A DNA stretch of 26,489 nucleotides from Paraphysomonas bandaiensis (lineage: Eukaryota > Protista > Chrysophyceae), in NCBI GenBank assembly GCA_965644295.1, contig CBFFRP010000040.1:1-26489 (forward strand). Direction: 5' to 3'. Positions 21,297-26,489 of the stretch are shown piece by piece; positions within the stretch are counted from its first letter, which is position 1; the number at the start of each line of letters is the position of its first letter. The translations under genes were made by a program, and so were the position numbers. Below the pieces are notes generated by a model, which had not been told where the DNA came from, ran no database searches, and saw only the letters and a list, made by a program, of their open reading frames with translations.

Positions 21297-22676
21297 TTAG
21301 AATATATGTTTTATTGCGTATAGTCTTGTAGTGAATACGAATGCCGATGCATGATTAAAATGTACAATAGATCAATACCATGCCTTTTTATTTAGCTTGA
21401 GCTTTTATTGGTTTTGATTTCTTAATTTGAATATTTAAAGATCATCTCATGATGTGCCTTCAACTAGTTATAGCAATTCGTAGCCAGTTTACTAATCTTT
21501 CCACAGGATATTTGATATCTTGATCCATCGCTGACTGTAAGCGAAATAGCGGTGCAGATACTCTTATATCAAATGGATAGTCATTGGCCTCGGTAATAAA
21601 CACACAAGGGGACGAATAAAATATTTTGGTGAGAATATTCGAGGGTAAACGAGGTCGAAAAGCCCGAGAAGAAGAAGGGGCGATACTCCTTACCTCTAGG
21701 TTATCCTCAATATGTTGTTGAAAACCCAATATCTAGATATCGTATAGCTATTTTATGAAATAAGCGTTTTATGATCAATGACGGTATATATTATACTGCA
21801 TGCTTATTAGATGCTTATTAGGGAATAGCAATATTGCACTAGATTAACTAGTAGATTAACCCCTCAAATATCTATATATAATAGCTACAACAAATGTACT
21901 CCTATACCACAAAAGGACACTGAGGGAAGAGAAGCAGCGAGAAATTCGAAATTCGTACATAATAAATGTGATGATGAAAGTGAAGATTGTAGTCGTACGG
22001 GGCTACTTTTACTGCCAAAATTAGCATCATCACATTTATATTCAACACGCATAACCTCTGCTAGTGCTCCTAATTTGAATGATGTATGTATTGTGTAAGG
22101 CACGTAATTCAGGTAAGCACGACGTGACCCAAGACCAATATCACAATTAATTTAGAAGATAGTTTCTGTTTAACCGAATATTGAAGTCGAATGTCTATAT
22201 TGGCCCTGTGCTAACATGAGCATTCATTTGAGCCCAATTCAGGTCGAATAATCACTTTTTTAGAGTCAAATGGGGATAATATTATAAAGAGTGAAGACTA
22301 CAGTTCGCCATAATCATTAGAGGAAGTCATAACTGCGGTCTATCGTATTTTTCTTCTTCTATTCTACTTTTAGGATCTTTTCAATATAGCACGAGAAAGT
22401 AAATTGTAGTTATCGTGTATTCTATCTTTTATGTGTAAATAGAAAGGACATTCTCAGCAAGAATTACGAAATTGAAGCTGACGCTGCGAAATTATTCAAA
22501 GTAACGACAAACCTCGTCTCCTTTATATGTGCATCCTACAGAGATCATTTATTGAGTGTCCTCCAATTAAAAACAATATCTGATGCATTATTCATTACAT
22601 ATTATGTCGAGCTATAAGATACAGGCAAAACAGACACAAGTCCAATTACACATCAGTCTCATATATAAATGTCTAG

Positions 22677-25189
22677 TTACTTTCTCCCACCGCCTGCCGA
22701 AGAAGATTTCTTTTTCCTCCACGATGAAGTCACTTGAACCCTTTCCTGCTGTTGAGATAAAAGTTGTTTGGCCATCCTATTATACTCAGCAGCCGCCTAC
22801 AAGAGTAAAATGTATCAATATTAATACATCATATCATCCACTTCGCGCAATATATACCGTGTCCAGCTTTTCGCTTTTATCAGCAAGCGTAGTGAGTTTC
22901 TCGCCCCTCTCTTTCAGCGCCTCTCCGGTCGCTCCTAGTGTGTCCTTTACATCATCTATCTTGCTATGTTCCCCAGTACTCAAGCTATTCCCTGTTCCAG
23001 AATCCTCAAGTAACTCCCCGTGCTCCATTTCCTTTTCTCTCTCCATTTGCAAAAGGAGATCTTTCTTAGCTTTAGCCATAGCCAAATTACGAGCAGTAGC
23101 CTCGCTTGTCAATCGGTTGAAGCACCCATCGCAGACTCTGTCACCTGATCCCTTCGCACCTGATCCTCTTCTATCCTGGGGTTGAAGTGGAAGTCGTTTA
23201 GTTGAGCATGGCGCACAACATAACGTTCCACATCCCCGGCAGTGATGCCGCCTATTGGAGTACGTGAACTTATCCACGCAGAGCATGCAGTAGTCGGACG
23301 CGTTGTTATCAACCCAGTCCTACACAAACAAATAACTGTCATTATATCTGTACTACACTTCCACAATTGCAATTGGTGCTCACCATCTGGCTAATCATGG
23401 GGTCTCGTGTTGCAATGAACTCCTCGAAATTATCCGGTTCTTTCGCAGAGTGCCATGCCAGTCGCGCTGCATCGATCGCTTCCTGAGGAAAAATTTCACA
23501 ATCAGCGGATTAAAAATTCTTTAAAGCGGGACCACCTTGAATGAATCTCTCAGGTCTGCAATGCTGTCCTCCGTGTAACGACCCCCTTTGCGAACAATCT
23601 CAAGCAGAACAGGTAGAGCTCGCAACACCCAAGTTCCATATTGCTGTACCCGTTCCTGCATAGCATCTGGCGAAGAGCCATCAGCTGCAGAGTTTCCCTC
23701 GCCCGTCTCTTTCCTCTTCTCCTACAATGTTCAAAAATAATCACATATATCACCAGCAACACTAAAGCAATACCGAGGAGTGCGCATATAGCACCATGTT
23801 AAATGCCGACCTCCCCGAGGCATCTTTCCAGTTCGGATGGGCTCCATTATCCAGAAATGAGCGCACAGTCTCGACGTCTGGGTTCTCCACCGAGCATGCG
23901 AGCTGTAGTGGAGTTACCCCGGTTCTACCATGTTTAGTATTGACATGTGCGCCAGCCAATACCAGTAATCTAACAGGACGAGACAAATTTCTTGCAGCAC
24001 ATTCATGTAACGGTGCAGATCCAGTTGAATCAAGCTGATCGAAGTTTACATTGTTGAAGTGAAGCATCTGTAACGTATTGCCAAGCCCCTTGCTAACATG
24101 GCCATACAACGCCGCCATAAATAGTACGTCCCGGTCCTTCAAGTTCCTCAGGGTTACATCTGCCCCACGATCTAGCAACAGACGTATTGCACTGTCGTGG
24201 CCCCGAGAGGCGGCAATTAATAAAGGACTATTGAGGCCATTATTTAGGGCATCAACTTCACATCCCGCCTCAAGGAGGAGCTTAATAATTTTAAAGTGAC
24301 CTCGAAGGGCGGCCCAGTGTAGTGGGTTCATGCCACTTGAATCAGCGGCATTTATAATGTCCAGTACAGTGTCAGGGTCTGACTGCGACAGAGCCTCCAA
24401 ATGACCTCGAACCCCTTCAAGATTACCCAATAGGGCGTCAGACCACAGCGTACCAAGAATGGCTTCATGTTGCCACCCAGGTTCCATTGCTCGCGGAGTC
24501 CCTGCATGCCATGCGTATATAGCAAGCTCAATTTCTTCCAACCATATACGCTTGTCACTCTCAGATTCAGCAATGATTGTGTACACTCGCTCTGGCATAT
24601 GGACATCGAATGCGCAAGGGTTATCTGGTTCTTCTATAGATTTACTGTGTATTGCCATTCGATCAAGAGGCAAAACTTGGTGGATCGCATACTTCTCTGA
24701 CATCTTCAATATACTAAGTTTTTTAGTCGTGGTATTCTGACATGACGTTATAATCAATATATCGTTGAATAGAAACATGTGTCTAGAGTTAGTGTGGTTC
24801 ACGATACAGTTCAGACCTGAGGAAAAAGTTAAAAATATTCTAATATTGAAAAAATAATTACTTTTTTTCAGCACTCTCCCATCAAATAAAATTACTCTAA
24901 CGGTATCCATTAAGTCAAACTCCAGAATATCTTCTTGATCTTCATCGATCTGCGGATTTTTGTTTTTCGGTGGCCTGGTATACAGCTTTGAAGCTAGCTT
25001 CTCAATAGTCTTTCTCTGAGATTCCGTTGGGTCAGGGTTTCGACCTTAAAGGGAACATGAGTACAGTGTTATCGATATTTGATATCTATCACCTCTATCA
25101 CGGCCAAAATCTCTACCAGTGAGGCAGTCATCTACTCCGAGACAGTCGTAGTAGTCATCTATCCTATTGCTCTCTTCAGGATCAAACAT
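22677..25189 (-). CDS. PH + ankyrin-repeat + FYVE + C-terminal R-SNARE (synaptobrevin-like) coiled-coil protein; spliced
   Basis: Proposed ATG 25189 (MFDPEESN; an extra upstream exon is possible). PH: RHMFLFNDILIIT...YTIIAESESDKRIWLEEI. Ankyrins: GMNPLHWAALRGH, NSPLLIAASRGH, GSAPLHECA, GVTPLQLAC. FYVE: WVDNNASDYCMLC...RRHHCRGCG...C..C...RVCDGC. R-SNARE across the last intron: IDDVKDTLGATGEALKERGEKLTTLADKSEKLDT|AAAEYNRMAKQLL, ending SSWRKKKSSSAGGGRK* (stop at 22677). Confidence 0.88.
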
Positions 25190-25540
25190 ACTAGATCTTA
25201 TTTCTGCTAAATGACGAAAGCGTGTATTTCAGGCAATAGAGAGGTGAAATTAGTCAGAGGTACAATGCCGGGGAAGGTTGTTGTTACAGCAGAGCGATAG
25301 AAACAAACACTACATAATTCATAGTACTCTTAAGGACCGTGTTTCACATGATTTTATGTAATCAGTCACATCTATGGGCACCATAATAACTATAACCCAC
25401 TTTGACGTAAGGTGTGAGTCGATTATCTGCAGCGTTAATGAAGTCTCCCATTCGCTTATTCACTGCAAAGCTTTGCGAATATACAGTCATGTATACAGTC
25501 ATGTATACTTCATACCACAGTCCACACAAGGAGGAAGAGG

Positions 25541-25554
25541 GTATACCGGTATAC
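25541..25554. promoter_or_regulatory. Candidate cis-element GTATACCGGTATAC upstream of the PH-ANK-FYVE-SNARE gene
   Basis: Exact copy of the 14820-14833 palindrome, ~350 bp 5' of the proposed ATG. Confidence 0.3.
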
Positions 25555-25783
25555 TGCTGCTGTAGGGGTAGGAGGCCAGAAAGTATGCAGATAAGCTGGT
25601 AGTTTGTATATCCTTACACACATGGTCCAACACGCATACTGCTGGTCAAGTAGTAGACGGATACATCACTACGATGTTTCATCAAGATCTTCAACACAGC
25701 ACTGAGTAGAACACAAGAGCATGGCATGTAATCCACACGAGCCACAATGCATACCTCTACTTTGGTATGGCTTTGAGAGGATT

Positions 25784-25832
25784 TTCAATAGTAAAACAAA
25801 CAATCTCATTCAATAGTAAAACAAACAATCTC
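25784..25832. repeat. Tandem duplication, 2 x TTCAATAGTAAAACAAACAATCTC (period 25)
   Basis: Exact 24-bp copies at 25784-25807 and 25809-25832. Confidence 0.9.
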
Positions 25833-26489
25833 TCAGATTACGGTCTAGATGATGTGAATCATGCAGTATTGGAGCATATATTCAAAAGAAACAAGAGTCA
25901 ACTATGCCCAGTTGTATAGCGATGTCAATCGTGCTTGTTCTAAATTGAAGGCGTACATTTGTATAAAGAATGTATTGATTGAAGTAGTCAGTGCATACAT
26001 TTTGTCTAGACTCCCGGTGTATATATTGTATGCTGTGTAAAGCAGGCCCTGGTTAGACCCACATGCTACTTGCGTGATCACAAGTAACTCCACCTCCTAT
26101 TTTGGGGAGGGCGTGGGATAAGCCACTGCGTTAAGAGATGTACACGACACATACGTGGGCCATGTGTGGTTGCATGAAGTTCCGCTTAGTCTTTGCAAAA
26201 GGAGAGAGTAGCTTCATAGTCTCGTTTTGTGATGACGCTAGATAATGTAAAAGATATTGCGTAATAACAGTGCATTTTTTGCATTATGATTTTTTAATAT
26301 TCATTCTATTTTCACGCAAAATACGCACCAATCCGGTGCTGCAGACACCCAACAGCTGACTAATATTGTGTTTCACGATTAGAAAATTATATTTAATTTG
26401 TGCTTACATACATATATAGTCTCAAGCACTACTCTCTCAAACGCGTATTCGGCAGGAAGTGACCCAAGTGCATATGTAAGTGGCTGTTG

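Noticed and set aside
25560-26489. Possible decayed gene or TE at the right end (ORF 25902-26093 and fragmented frames)
   Set aside because: Frequent stops and no recognisable motif or termini.
1-26489. Operon-like or defence system, CRISPR array, tRNA or rRNA
   Set aside because: Intron-containing eukaryotic genes with unrelated functions; no repeat-spacer array or structured RNA gene recognised. Adjacency of the two pseudoenzyme genes is not evidence of a shared pathway.

Overview
Gene-dense eukaryotic DNA, not prokaryotic. Genes are split by short (~45-65 nt) GT-AG introns. The U1-C sequence style and gene content suggest a stramenopile-type protist (inference only). Six protein-coding genes can be assembled: (1) an EML5/EML6-like triple-TAPE WD40 protein with an N-terminal MG start and EF-hand module (-); (2) an uncharacterised helical protein with a C-terminal BTB-like region (-); (3) U1 snRNP protein C (+); (4) a guanylate-binding-protein (GBP) homologue that lacks the GTPase motifs but keeps a CAAX box (-); (5) an apparently intronless fusion of an S4 + RluA-family pseudouridine-synthase-like domain lacking the catalytic Asp with an intact HemK/PrmC methyltransferase (+); (6) a PH-ankyrin-FYVE protein ending in a transmembrane-less R-SNARE motif (-). 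There is also a hAT transposon family: a 1149-bp deleted element with a perfect 8-bp TSD and transposase remnant, plus a 143-bp MITE with its own 8-bp TSD. A GTATAC-N2/4-GTATAC dyad recurs in three 5' intergenic regions. I see no multi-gene system. The novelty candidates are the individual architectures, chiefly the pseudo-Psi-synthase/HemK fusion, the pseudo-GTPase GBP and the PH-ANK-FYVE-R-SNARE protein. Splice models were read by eye and no database searches were run.
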